The notes beneath the pieces were generated by a model. It was not told the origin of the DNA, made no database searches, and saw only the letters and a list, made by a program, of their open reading frames with translations. Positions 19,013-29,076 of a stretch of 62,613 bases of DNA are shown here, piece after piece. The translations under genes and the position numbers were made by a program. Source of the DNA: Bacteroidota bacterium (lineage in GTDB: Bacteria > Bacteroidota > Bacteroidia > Chitinophagales > BACL12); the NCBI GenBank assembly GCA_031372705.1, contig JANMLV010000284.1:1-62613 (forward strand), in the 5' to 3' direction. The stretch's first letter is position 1. Each line of letters starts with the position of its first letter.

Positions 19013-20140
19013 ATGAAAATTGGTATTGTTTGTTACCCAACTTACGGAGGCAGCGGCGTTGTTGCTACTGAATTAGGCAAGGCATTAGCTGACAAAGGGT
19101 ATAAAGTTCATTTTATTACCTATAAGCAACCGTTTAGACTCGATTCGTTCCACGAGAATATTTTTTTTCATGAAGTAAATTTCAGCAATTACCCGTTATT
19201 TGAATATCCACCTTACGAAACGGCGCTTGCGAGTAAAATTGTAGATGTTGCCTTATTCGAAAAATTAGATTTATTGCATGTGCACTATGCCATTCCGCAT
19301 GCCAGTGCTGCTTATATTGCAAAGCAAATACTCAAAGAGAAAAATTATCATCTCCCTTTTATAACAACCTTACACGGAACCGATATTACATTAGTAGGTA
19401 AGGATGAAACTTTTATTCCTGTTGTAACATTTTCAATAAATGAGAGTGACGGTATCACTTCTGTTTCGCAAAGTTTAAAAGATGAAACCTATCAAAATTT
19501 TGAGATTACAAAAGATATTAAGGTGATTCCAAATTTTATTGATTTCAGTCGATTCAAGAAATTGGATAAAGAACACTTTCGAAAAGTAATAGCCAAAAAT
19601 GGCGAAAAAATAATTGTACACACATCTAATTTCCGCAAAGTAAAACGCGTGGAAGATGTGGTAAAAGTATTCTGTAAAATTAAGGAAGCCCTACCTGCAA
19701 AATTATTATTGGTGGGTGATGGTCCGGAGCGACAAAACGTTGAGAAATTAACTCGCCAAGTATGTATGGAAGACGACGTTTATTTTTTGGGCAAGCAAGA
19801 AGCAGTTGAAGAACTACTCGCTATTGCCGACCTATTTGTTTTGCCTTCCGAAACCGAAAGTTTTGGGTTGGCTGCACTTGAAGCTATGGCTTGCGAAGTT
19901 CCGGTAATATCGACCAACACCGGCGGTATTCCCGAAATAAATATCCAAGGCGTAACAGGTTATCTCAGCAACGTTGGCGACATCGACGATATGGCAAAGA
20001 ACGCCATACATATTCTCAGCGACGAATCCACCCTAGCCGAATTCCGCAAAAATGCGATTAAACAAGCCAACCAGTTTTCGCTGGAAAATATTTTGCCGAT
20101 GTATGAGGCGTATTATAAAGAGGTGATTGAGAAAGGGTGA
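19013..20140 (+). CDS. bshA: N-acetyl-alpha-D-glucosaminyl L-malate synthase (GT4, bacillithiol synthesis)
   Basis: MKIGIVCYPTYGGSGVVATELG, HVHYAIPHA, TTLHGTDIT and ESFGLAALEAM motifs. Confidence 0.95.
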   Translation: MKIGIVCYPTYGGSGVVATELGKALADKGYKVHFITYKQPFRLDSFHENIFFHEVNFSNYPLFEYPPYETALASKIVDVALFEKLDLLHVHYAIPHASAAYIAKQILKEKNYHLPFITTLHGTDITLVGKDETFIPVVTFSINESDGITSVSQSLKDETYQNFEITKDIKVIPNFIDFSRFKKLDKEHFRKVIAKNGEKIIVHTSNFRKVKRVEDVVKVFCKIKEALPAKLLLVGDGPERQNVEKLTRQVCMEDDVYFLGKQEAVEELLAIADLFVLPSETESFGLAALEAMACEVPVISTNTGGIPEINIQGVTGYLSNVGDIDDMAKNAIHILSDESTLAEFRKNAIKQANQFSLENILPMYEAYYKEVIEKG

Positions 20141-20293
20141 GCGAGTTGCTCGCAACGGCATAAATGGGTTGTGAGGGTGTCTTATACAAATATTAATCGC
20201 GTATCTATCCGAATTAATTGCATTTCGCAAAACGCGAATTTTTTTCACAATTTAATAATTTTTTTCAAAAATTGCTCAGGCCAAACGGGTAAC

Positions 20294-20320
20294 TGTAACA
20301 TTTAACCTACCTCATTCGTC
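20294..20320 (+). promoter_or_regulatory. Putative ECF sigma factor promoter
   Basis: TGTAAC-N17-CGTC, ending 8 nt before the ATG at 20329. Confidence 0.5.
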
Positions 20321-20328
20321 AAACCTAT

Positions 20329-20760
20329 ATGCATTCAACCCAAACACCTAAGTCCGTGCTGACCAATCCACCAATTAGCATCAAAATAAAGCTTTCGGCA
20401 CTTTGGGCTTCAGTTACGTTGTGTTATTTGTATGGCGATTATTTTGAATTGTATGTGCCCGGAAAAGCAGAAGGGCTTGTAAACGGGGTGAATATGTTGG
20501 ACACTCCACTCAATTTATTTATTGCTGCAGTTTTATTGGCAATTCCTGCGTTGATGGTTTTTTTATCAGTTTTGTTGAGGCCCAACATCAATAGAATATT
20601 AAATATTGTTTTTGCAGGATTTTTTACGGCGGTGATGTTATTAATCGCAATCAGTTCGCTGGAGCCGTGGCGCGCATTTTATGTGTTTTATGCAATAGTA
20701 GAATGCATTTTAACTACCATGATAATTATTTATGCATTGAAATGGCCAAGGGAGAATTAA
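20329..20760 (+). CDS. DUF6326-like membrane protein
   Basis: IKLSALWASVTLCYLYGD pattern and four TM helices. Confidence 0.7.
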   Translation: MHSTQTPKSVLTNPPISIKIKLSALWASVTLCYLYGDYFELYVPGKAEGLVNGVNMLDTPLNLFIAAVLLAIPALMVFLSVLLRPNINRILNIVFAGFFTAVMLLIAISSLEPWRAFYVFYAIVECILTTMIIIYALKWPREN

Positions 20761-20769
20761 TATTAAAGT

Positions 20770-21468
20770 ATGACAGATATTTCTTCAAATAAACGCACAG
20801 CAAGATTCGCCGGATTATTATACTTAGGTGTGGTAATTGCGGGAATTTTTAGTTTAATGTTTGTGCCATCACAACTAATTGATTGGGATAATGCAGCAAC
20901 AACTTTTAATAATTTGGTAAATGGTGCAATGCTCTATAGAATGGGAATTGTAAGTGGTTTGGTTTGTTATGCTTTTTTCTTGTTTTTACCTATAGTATTA
21001 TACAAATTATTAAAACCTATAAACGATTATTATGCTAAATTAATGGTGCTCTTAGCGGTAATTAGTGTGCCAATGTATTTTATTAATGTTCAACATCAAT
21101 TTACAGTGCTTTCGTTGCTTGGCGATGCTAATTATCTACACTTATATTCTCAAGAACAATTACATGCCCTGGTTATGTTACATCTGGAGCAATATGAAAA
21201 TGGTATGCGTGTAATTCATATTTTTTCGGGACTATGGTTGCTGCCATTTGGGTATTTGGTTTATAAATCGAGGTTTTTACCGAAATTTTTTGGGGTGTTA
21301 TTAATGATAGGTTGCTTTGGATATTTGATAAATTTTTTGGGGAGTGCATTGATTGCAAACTATGCAGCAACCGGTATAGGGCGGTTCGTGAGTTTGCCTG
21401 CCAGTATTGGGGAGATTGGGATTTGTTTGTGGTTATTGGTTGCAGGGGTTAAGGGAAAAACAGATTGA
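20770..21468 (+). CDS. DUF4386-like membrane protein
   Basis: ARFAGLLYL, IFSGLWLLPFGYLVYKSRFLPK and GEIGICLWLL patterns. Confidence 0.8.
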   Translation: MTDISSNKRTARFAGLLYLGVVIAGIFSLMFVPSQLIDWDNAATTFNNLVNGAMLYRMGIVSGLVCYAFFLFLPIVLYKLLKPINDYYAKLMVLLAVISVPMYFINVQHQFTVLSLLGDANYLHLYSQEQLHALVMLHLEQYENGMRVIHIFSGLWLLPFGYLVYKSRFLPKFFGVLLMIGCFGYLINFLGSALIANYAATGIGRFVSLPASIGEIGICLWLLVAGVKGKTD

Positions 21469-21563
21469 AAAGGTTGAATGGATTTACACAGATTAATTTG
21501 TTTAAGGCGGTAGCATGTGTTCTTGGATAAAACAAATTTTAATATTATCTGTTAAGTTTTTAC

Positions 21564-22205
21564 ATGCAATCATTATATTTCTCTGATAACGATATCTTGC
21601 AAATGGAGACCCGAGCAAGGGCTGTCTTCGTTAATTGTTTAAGTGGCTTTAAAAGTGCTTCTATGATTGGCAGTATCGATAATAATGGTAATACCAATCT
21701 TGCAATTTTTAGTTCGGTGGTGCATATTGGTTCGAACCCGCCTTTGATTGGGTTTATTAATAGGCCGGATACAGTTGGCAGGCATACATTGGAAAATATT
21801 TTAGCTACCAATTGTTTTACCATTAATCATATTCATACCGGTATCTATAAGCAAGCACATCAAACTTCAGCACGATACGAAAAACATATTTCTGAATTTG
21901 ATGCGGTGGGGTTAACACCTGAATTTACGGAGACAATTAAAGCTCCTTATGTTAAAGAAAGTATAATTAAATACGGATTAGCGTTTGCAGAAAAACATGA
22001 ATTGAAAATAAACGGAACAATTTTAATTATTGGAAAAGTGGTGGAAGTAATTATTCCCGAAAATTGTTTGTTGTTGGATGGTGCAATTGATATTGAAATG
22101 GCAGAGACTGTTGCAATATCCGGGTTAGACAGCTATCATACTACATCAAAGTTAGCAAGATTATCTTATGCAAAACCGGGAAAATTGCCCGTAGAAATAA
22201 TTTAG
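21564..22205 (+). CDS. Flavin reductase family protein
   Basis: NCLSGFKSA, NLAIFSSVVHIGSNPPL and HTLENI patterns. Confidence 0.88.
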   Translation: MQSLYFSDNDILQMETRARAVFVNCLSGFKSASMIGSIDNNGNTNLAIFSSVVHIGSNPPLIGFINRPDTVGRHTLENILATNCFTINHIHTGIYKQAHQTSARYEKHISEFDAVGLTPEFTETIKAPYVKESIIKYGLAFAEKHELKINGTILIIGKVVEVIIPENCLLLDGAIDIEMAETVAISGLDSYHTTSKLARLSYAKPGKLPVEII

Positions 22206-22255
22206 CAATATTATTTCAAACAAGATTATGTTTACGATTTGAAACAAAATTATTT

Positions 22256-22630
22256 ATGGATGAACAGGAGTTAATTTGTGCTTACAGCGGACTGCCATCG
22301 TTGGCAAGTTACATGTTGGAACAAGATGCAGAAGCGTTAAACCAACGGCAACCCCAAAAGTTTGTATTTAGCGACATTGATAAAGATAGAATTATTCAAA
22401 TGGCATGGGAAGATCGCACACCATTTGAAGCTATTGCTTTCCAGTTTGGATTAAAGGAAAAGGAAGTAATCGCATTCATGCGCAAAAACTCATTGCCTTC
22501 CAGTTTTCGCATGTGGCGCAAAAGAATGCAATCCCGCAAATCAAAACACAGCAATTTGCGCAACAACAATATCACACGATTTAAATGCTCCCGACAAAAA
22601 AGCACCGGCAATGCAATTTCGAAGCGCTAA
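22256..22630 (+). CDS. TIGR03643/DUF2805-family protein with an N-terminal extension
   Basis: DRIIQMAWEDRTPFEAI..QFGL.EKEVI..MRK..SSFRMWRKR pattern. Confidence 0.85.
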   Translation: MDEQELICAYSGLPSLASYMLEQDAEALNQRQPQKFVFSDIDKDRIIQMAWEDRTPFEAIAFQFGLKEKEVIAFMRKNSLPSSFRMWRKRMQSRKSKHSNLRNNNITRFKCSRQKSTGNAISKR

Positions 22631-22652
22631 TAAACAAGAGCGAAATAATTTT

Positions 22653-23330
22653 AACAGCTATTGAACAAGATTGAGCAAACCCGTAATTATTTAAACAGCC
22701 ATTGAACAAGATTGAGCAAAATTGAGCAAAATTTGAGATCTCAATATGATTGGCATTCGCAGTAAAATTAATTCACTAATTGATTCCAAGATTGACAATA
22801 GTAGCTTCGTAGTAATGTTCGGTGAGAAACACCAACCACGGCGTTGTGGTTTAATTGCATTAATACTTCGTAGTCGTGAATTATTAATTTTTCACTCAAC
22901 ACATTAAACTATTGCAACATATTTATAATTAGTGCAATAAATATGAATCCATAAGCGGATGCAATCCGCAAGTTTCCGCTTCCGAATCGAAGATTCGGCA
23001 GAGCACAGAATTTAATTATAACCTGGAAGTAATGTTAATGCATTGCAGCAATGTCAAACCTGGTCAACGGCCTCATTGCATTGCGCTAGTGCAGCTTACG
23101 ACACTTAAGCTACGATAGCAAAACAGCAACGATGCTTCGACTCACCAAGCGGGCGCAGCGCTACCAATTAATATTCGCGATTAAATAAAACTTGCTTCGT
23201 TTTCAAAACACCACTATCACTAAAAACCCTGCTGGCGCCTCGTCCGCGCCCCGCGCGTGTCGTTAGCTGCACTTGCGCAAAGCAATGCAGCCTTGATTTT
23301 TTGGTTCTTTTGTATCAAGACAAAAGAACA
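22653..23330. repeat. Intergenic mosaic of direct repeats and REP/MITE-like palindromes
   Basis: 27-bp direct repeat at 22653-22679 and 22694-22720; hairpins GCGGAT-gca-ATCCGC, CCGAATC-gaa-GATTCGG and TTCTTTTGT-atcaag-ACAAAAGAA; no credible ORF. Confidence 0.6.
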
Positions 23331-23353
23331 GAAAAGCCGAATAATAGTACGAA

Positions 23354-26314
23354 TTAATCCGAAGCTGCTCCGCCATGCACATCCGCAGCAAAAATACTCT
23401 CGTAAATAACATCCATAATTTTATTTCGGATGCCTTCGGTGCTTAAGCGATTGGGATCGGCTTTTGGTTGCACGCGATTGCTGAGGAAAATATAAACCAA
23501 ATCGTATTTGGGATCCACCCAAACGCAAATACCGGTAAAACCTTGGTGACCAAATGTTTCGGGAGATGCATAACCACTGCATGGCGAAGTATTTACCATA
23601 TCGGGTTTATCGAAGCCAATTCCGCGGCGCGAAATACTACTTTGTTTTTTGGTCCAGAGATTTACAGTTTCTTCTTTAAAATATTGTTGTCCTCCGTAAG
23701 AACCTCCATTTAAAAGCATCTGATATAACTTCACTAAATCTTCAGCATTTGAAAATAATCCGGCATGGCCTTCAACACCTCCCATCATGCCAGCGCCCAT
23801 GTCGTGCACATAGCCTTGAACTGTTTGGTAGCGAAAATAGTTATCGTTTTCGGTTGGTACAATTCTGTTTTTTGGGAAATGATTTAATGGATTAAAACAA
23901 GTTGTTTCCATACCTAAGCTGTAATAAAAATTATTGTCGACATACGCATCTAATCGCGTTCCTGTTAGTTGCTCTGCAATGCGTCGAGAGATGTATAACC
24001 CTAAATCGCTGTAAACGTATTTATTTTTTTCTTTTAGGTTAATGTCTTTTATAATTTGCCAAACGGTATCTTTATAATCATCGCGCATCCAAACATTATC
24101 TGCAACTAATGTAGTGTAGCCTGCTATTTTTGTTTGACTGTAATAACCCGGGTCTAAAGTGCCATCTGCCTTTAATGTTTTTTTATAGAATGGAACCCAA
24201 GCAGGCAATCCTGATTGATGCGTTAAAATATCTTGCAATTTTAATCCCGCAATATTTGTTCCTTTTGTATCAGGTAAATAATCAGCAACAGTTTTTGTTA
24301 GATCTAAATAACCTTCTTCGTGTAATTTCATTAACATCATAGTTGTTGCAGATGTTTTTGTTACACTGGCGAGGTCATAAATACTGCTTGTTTCTACTTT
24401 TTCTTTTTTATCGTATTTGTAATATCCGTATGCCTTATCCCAAATAATTTTTCCGTCTTTAGCAACTAAGATTTGACAGCCGGGAGCTGCTTCTACTTGT
24501 ATGCAAGCTTTAGCGAGACTATCAATTCTGCTCATCCTCAATGAATTAATACCAAGTTCTTCGGGAATTGTATATTTTAATCGGTTTAACGAACCGGTTT
24601 CTTCACCCGCATTTACTTTAAATGTGCCAATGCCAACCGGTAATTTTCCATCGAAAGGAATTGCACCGAATAGAGCCATTGCTGCTGCTTGTTGCGTATA
24701 ACTGTCATCATCATAAGCAACAATGTGATATTGTGCCGATTCAAATTTTTCTAATGCATAAGGAATACCAAAAACTACTACTGCCGTTTGCGTTACTTGC
24801 GATAGTTTCCAAACTATATTTTCTGTGCCGGAAGTAATGCCATAATTACTTGAGCGTGCGCGTTTCATGTCGTGAATGCCAACTACAACTACTTCGTATT
24901 TTTTTAATTTTTCATAAATTTGAATATATGTTGCGGCATCTGCATCTTTATTAATTTGATAATTATCTATTTTACCATACTTGCCCAGATAATCTTGGAA
25001 ATTAGTTCGCACGCCATTGCCAATTGAAAGTGATGCGATACTTAATGTATCTAATTTTTTAAATGGAATTAAACTATCGCCAATATTTGCTAGTGTAATA
25101 CTATTTTCCGTTATTTTTCTTTTTACTAAAGTTGCTTCGGTAGTATTGATATCGAAAGTTACATTTTGAACATTAACAGGTTTGTAATTATTTAATCCTG
25201 CAAATGCTTTTGCTTTTAAAATGCGGCGTACGCTTTCGTCTAAACGTTGTTCAGAAATTTCGCCGGATGTTACGGCTTGTTTAACGGCTGCAAATGCAAC
25301 GGGTACGTTTTCGCTGAATAATAAAAAGTCGTTACCGGCTAAAAATGCTTTTACTTCTAATTCGCCGGTTTTATAATAAGCACTAACACCTTTCATATTT
25401 AACGCATCGCTAAACACTAAACCTCTGTAACCAAGTGAGTCGCGCAACAAGGCTCTTCCTACTTTTGGCGAAAGCGAAGCAGCTGTGTTGTTTTCATTAT
25501 CGAGCGAAGGAATAAATAAATGTGCTAACATGATAGAGCCGATGCCTTCGTTCATTAATATTTTAAACGGCACTAATTCTAAGGTATCTAAATGTTTGTA
25601 AGGATGATTAATTACAGGCATGGTAACATGACTATCTGCATCAACATCTCCATGTCCGGGAAAATGTTTGGCACATGCAATAATATTATTGTCTTGCAAT
25701 GCATTCATGTACATCAACCCCTTTAAAGCAACATTGTATTTATCTTCACCAAAAGCACGGTCGCCAATTACAGGATTTTTCGGATTATTATTTACATCAA
25801 CAACAGGTGCAAAATTTACGTGCACGCCTAATCGTTTTAATTGTTGTGCAATAATAGTTCCTACTTCGTAAACGGTAGAGTCGTTTGTCATGGCGCCCCA
25901 AGTGAGTTGTCGCTGAAACGAAATAACAGAATCTAATCGCATAGCAGGTCCCCATTCGGCATCCATTGCAATAAGCAACGGTGTTTTCGACATACTCTGA
26001 TAATTATTCGTCAGTTTTACTTGTCGCGCGGGCCCTCCCTGCATGAAAATGAGCCCACCGATTTGATATTTTTTTATGAGTGTTTCAATTTCTTTAACAT
26101 GTGTTGCATCTTTATTAGAATATGCGGCAACCATAAACAATTGCCCAATTTTTTCATCGACAGTCATCACTTGCATAAGTGAATCTACCCATGGATAATT
26201 TTGATCGTAGAATGCGATTTTTTTATTGGTATCGTTTTCGGGTGATTGCGGCTTGAAAGAAGCAGATGCAAATCCGAAACAAAGCAGTAGTATGAGGAGT
26301 GATTTTATATACAT
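23354..26314 (-). CDS. GH3 beta-N-acetylglucosaminidase fused to a serine hydrolase (AmpC/beta-lactamase-like) domain
   Basis: GH3 KHFPGHGD motif; C-terminal SxxK (ASVTK), YSD and GHQGFTG motifs; signal peptide. Confidence 0.9.
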   Translation of the reverse strand: MYIKSLLILLLCFGFASASFKPQSPENDTNKKIAFYDQNYPWVDSLMQVMTVDEKIGQLFMVAAYSNKDATHVKEIETLIKKYQIGGLIFMQGGPARQVKLTNNYQSMSKTPLLIAMDAEWGPAMRLDSVISFQRQLTWGAMTNDSTVYEVGTIIAQQLKRLGVHVNFAPVVDVNNNPKNPVIGDRAFGEDKYNVALKGLMYMNALQDNNIIACAKHFPGHGDVDADSHVTMPVINHPYKHLDTLELVPFKILMNEGIGSIMLAHLFIPSLDNENNTAASLSPKVGRALLRDSLGYRGLVFSDALNMKGVSAYYKTGELEVKAFLAGNDFLLFSENVPVAFAAVKQAVTSGEISEQRLDESVRRILKAKAFAGLNNYKPVNVQNVTFDINTTEATLVKRKITENSITLANIGDSLIPFKKLDTLSIASLSIGNGVRTNFQDYLGKYGKIDNYQINKDADAATYIQIYEKLKKYEVVVVGIHDMKRARSSNYGITSGTENIVWKLSQVTQTAVVVFGIPYALEKFESAQYHIVAYDDDSYTQQAAAMALFGAIPFDGKLPVGIGTFKVNAGEETGSLNRLKYTIPEELGINSLRMSRIDSLAKACIQVEAAPGCQILVAKDGKIIWDKAYGYYKYDKKEKVETSSIYDLASVTKTSATTMMLMKLHEEGYLDLTKTVADYLPDTKGTNIAGLKLQDILTHQSGLPAWVPFYKKTLKADGTLDPGYYSQTKIAGYTTLVADNVWMRDDYKDTVWQIIKDINLKEKNKYVYSDLGLYISRRIAEQLTGTRLDAYVDNNFYYSLGMETTCFNPLNHFPKNRIVPTENDNYFRYQTVQGYVHDMGAGMMGGVEGHAGLFSNAEDLVKLYQMLLNGGSYGGQQYFKEETVNLWTKKQSSISRRGIGFDKPDMVNTSPCSGYASPETFGHQGFTGICVWVDPKYDLVYIFLSNRVQPKADPNRLSTEGIRNKIMDVIYESIFAADVHGGAASD

Positions 26315-26450
26315 ATTTTTCTATAAAATTTAAATTTTGACCATGTTTGGTACAAAAATAAGCTTATACCCAACTGATATAGCACAATTTACGCCAACTT
26401 TCAATGTTATAAGGATACAAATTAAGACAATTGACCAAGCGTAATATCCT

Positions 26451-26458
26451 TACCTTTG
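26451..26458 (+). promoter_or_regulatory. -7 promoter element of the mutL operon
   Basis: TACCTTTG, 75 nt upstream of the ATG. Confidence 0.6.
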
Positions 26459-26533
26459 CATATAAACGTAAAACTCGTTTTTTTGATACAACTTTAGGCA
26501 AATTATTTTAGTCAACCGAAGGAGAGAGGAGAA

Positions 26534-28351
26534 ATGGCAGATATCATTCATTTATTACCGGATTCAATAGCCAATCAGATTGCAGCGGGAGAGGTGGTTC
26601 AAAGGCCGGCTTCGGCAATAAAAGAGCTGATTGAAAACGCTGTAGATGCCGGAGCTACTGAGATTCGGGTTATTATTAAGGATGCCGGAAAAACGCTGAT
26701 TCAGGTTATTGATAACGGTTGTGGCATGAGTCCAACTGATGCCAGAATGTGCTTTGAGCGACATGCAACGAGCAAAATTCGCACTGTTGACGACATTTTT
26801 ACCATTCGCACCAAGGGATTTAGAGGGGAAGCCATGGCTAGTATAGCCGCTATTGCTCAGGTTGAGCTCAAAACGAGGCTGCATGATGAGGAATTAGGGA
26901 CAAAAATTGTAATCGAGGGGTTTGAAATCAAGTTACAGGAGCAAGTGCAATGTTCGGCGGGCACGAACATCTCTGTAAAAAACCTATTTTACAATGTTCC
27001 TGCGCGACGTAACTTCTTGAAATCCAACACAGTAGAGTTAAAGCATATTATCGATGAGTTTGAACGCGTTGCTTTAGCGCATCCAAATGTATTTTTTGGC
27101 TTTCAGAATAATGGGATTGAAGTTTTTCATTTAAAAGCAGGCAACCATCGCCAACGCATTACCAATTTATTTGGCAATAATTACAATGAAAAGTTGGTTC
27201 CGGTGGAGGAAAATACTTCTGTAGCAAATATTCGCGGATTTATTGGCAAGCCCGATTCGGCGAAGAAAACAAAGGGAGAGCAATTCTTTTTTGTGAATAA
27301 CCGTTTTATTAGGAGTCCATATTTGCACCATGCGGTGATGAGTGTTTATGATGATTTAATTCCGGAAAACAGCTATCCGCTTTATACAATATTTATTGAC
27401 ATTGACCCGTCACGTATAGATGTGAATGTACATCCAACCAAGCAAGAAATAAAGTTTGAGGATGAACGCATTATTTATACGTTTATTCAGGCCGGTGTGC
27501 GCCATGCATTGGCGCAGTATAGCGTAACGCCAACGTTGGATTTCGACCAGGATATTATGTTTGCCAACTTGCCGAGTTTTTACAAAAAGCCTGAGGATAC
27601 TGTAGCCAAGCCGCTTTCGTTCAAAACGGTGGAGAGCAAAATGAATGATTTTCCGAGAACGGAAAAAAATGTGCAGCAAGATTTTAGGTTACATGCAAAT
27701 CTTGAAAAAATTAAACCGCATTTGGGCAGCCATATCCAGCAATCTGATTTGGATGCGGCTCCTTATGATGGAATTACCGAAAGTTCACCATCGTTTCAAA
27801 TTCACAATCAATATATAGTTGCGCAAATAAAATCGGGATTTATTGTAATTGACCAGCAAGCTGCGCATGAAAGAGTTTTATTTGAAAAATATTTGCAGCA
27901 GTTGCAAAACAAGAAACCTCATACGCAGCAGCAGCTTTTCCCGCAAACGTTAAACCTTTCGTCGTCGGATGCGGCTTTGTTAAGTGAACTTTTAAGCGAT
28001 ATAAACAATTTAGGTTTTGATATACAACCATTCGGTAAAGATGCGTTTGTAATTCATGGTGTTCCGGTAGAGTTTGAATCGGGCAATGAACAAAAAGTGG
28101 TGGAAGATTTGTTAGAACAGTTTAAAGAAGATAAATCGGCATTAAAATTAAATAAGCATAATGGTATTGCGCGTTCAATGGCAAGAACAAACAGCATTAA
28201 GCGGGGACAAAAATTGGATGAAAAAGGTATGCGCCATTTAACAGACCAATTATTTGCTTGCAGTACGCCTTATGTTTCGCCATTTGGCACATTAACATTT
28301 ACAACATTTTCATTAGAAGAACTCGCAAAACAATTTCAGAAAAATAACTAA
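26534..28351 (+). CDS. mutL: DNA mismatch repair protein MutL
   Basis: IANQIAAGEVVQRP, ELIENAVDA, DNGCGM, RHATSKI, GFRGEA and DVNVHPTKQE motifs. Confidence 0.97.
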   Translation: MADIIHLLPDSIANQIAAGEVVQRPASAIKELIENAVDAGATEIRVIIKDAGKTLIQVIDNGCGMSPTDARMCFERHATSKIRTVDDIFTIRTKGFRGEAMASIAAIAQVELKTRLHDEELGTKIVIEGFEIKLQEQVQCSAGTNISVKNLFYNVPARRNFLKSNTVELKHIIDEFERVALAHPNVFFGFQNNGIEVFHLKAGNHRQRITNLFGNNYNEKLVPVEENTSVANIRGFIGKPDSAKKTKGEQFFFVNNRFIRSPYLHHAVMSVYDDLIPENSYPLYTIFIDIDPSRIDVNVHPTKQEIKFEDERIIYTFIQAGVRHALAQYSVTPTLDFDQDIMFANLPSFYKKPEDTVAKPLSFKTVESKMNDFPRTEKNVQQDFRLHANLEKIKPHLGSHIQQSDLDAAPYDGITESSPSFQIHNQYIVAQIKSGFIVIDQQAAHERVLFEKYLQQLQNKKPHTQQQLFPQTLNLSSSDAALLSELLSDINNLGFDIQPFGKDAFVIHGVPVEFESGNEQKVVEDLLEQFKEDKSALKLNKHNGIARSMARTNSIKRGQKLDEKGMRHLTDQLFACSTPYVSPFGTLTFTTFSLEELAKQFQKNN

Positions 28352-28359
28352 ACAGGCAG

Positions 28360-29073
28360 ATGACACAATTTCAACCGACTAGATTTAATTACTTACCACC
28401 TGTTATAAAGAATTTATTAATTATTAATGGATTGGTTTTTTTGGCAACGATCAGCTTCCCCGACTTGATTAATAAGTTTGCCTTGTATTTTCCTTCATCA
28501 CCTGATTTCCAACCTTTTCAGATTGTAACGCATATGTTTACGCATTCTCGAACTGATTTTGGTCATATATTTTTTAACATGTTTACGTTATGGATGTTTG
28601 GAGCTATGCTTGAAAATGTTTGGGGGCCAAAACGGTTTTTAACTTTTTATTTGATTACAGGGCTGGGTGCAGCGTTTTTACACATGGGCTTTAATGCTTA
28701 TCAGTTATATAATGCCGTTGGCACTTTATCACCCGAGGTAACACTAAATGGAGTTTTTATTTCAGGAAATTATTCAGAAGCACAATTATCTAAAATAGCA
28801 TCTTGCTGGGAGCCAGTGGTTGGGGCATCAGGTGCCATATATGGTATATTAATTGCATTCGGAATGTTATTTCCCAATACTTTAATTTATTTATATTTCT
28901 TAATTCCGATAAAGGCTAAATATTTAGTTATTATTTTAATTGCCATTGAAGTGTATATGGGATTTGTAAACAGTCCTGATGATAATATTGCACACTTTGC
29001 ACATCTCGGCGGCGCATTATTCGGATTTTTATTGATAAAATTTTGGGGCCGCAACAAAAGCCGTTTCTATTAA
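28360..29073 (+). CDS. Rhomboid intramembrane serine protease
   Basis: HIFFN, GASG and AHFAHLGG motifs. Confidence 0.93.
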   Translation: MTQFQPTRFNYLPPVIKNLLIINGLVFLATISFPDLINKFALYFPSSPDFQPFQIVTHMFTHSRTDFGHIFFNMFTLWMFGAMLENVWGPKRFLTFYLITGLGAAFLHMGFNAYQLYNAVGTLSPEVTLNGVFISGNYSEAQLSKIASCWEPVVGASGAIYGILIAFGMLFPNTLIYLYFLIPIKAKYLVIILIAIEVYMGFVNSPDDNIAHFAHLGGALFGFLLIKFWGRNKSRFY

Positions 29074-29076
29074 TTC

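Noticed and set aside
19013-20140. Stand-alone bshA
   Set aside because: Bacillithiol genes are known to be scattered in Bacteroidota genomes.
23354-26314. GH3 plus beta-lactamase-like fusion as a novel resistance gene
   Set aside because: This architecture is common in Bacteroidota and fits peptidoglycan recycling; an SxxK motif alone does not imply beta-lactamase activity.
26519-26533. Shine-Dalgarno-like AGGAG before mutL, unusual for Bacteroidota
   Set aside because: A single purine-rich instance that is compatible with chance.
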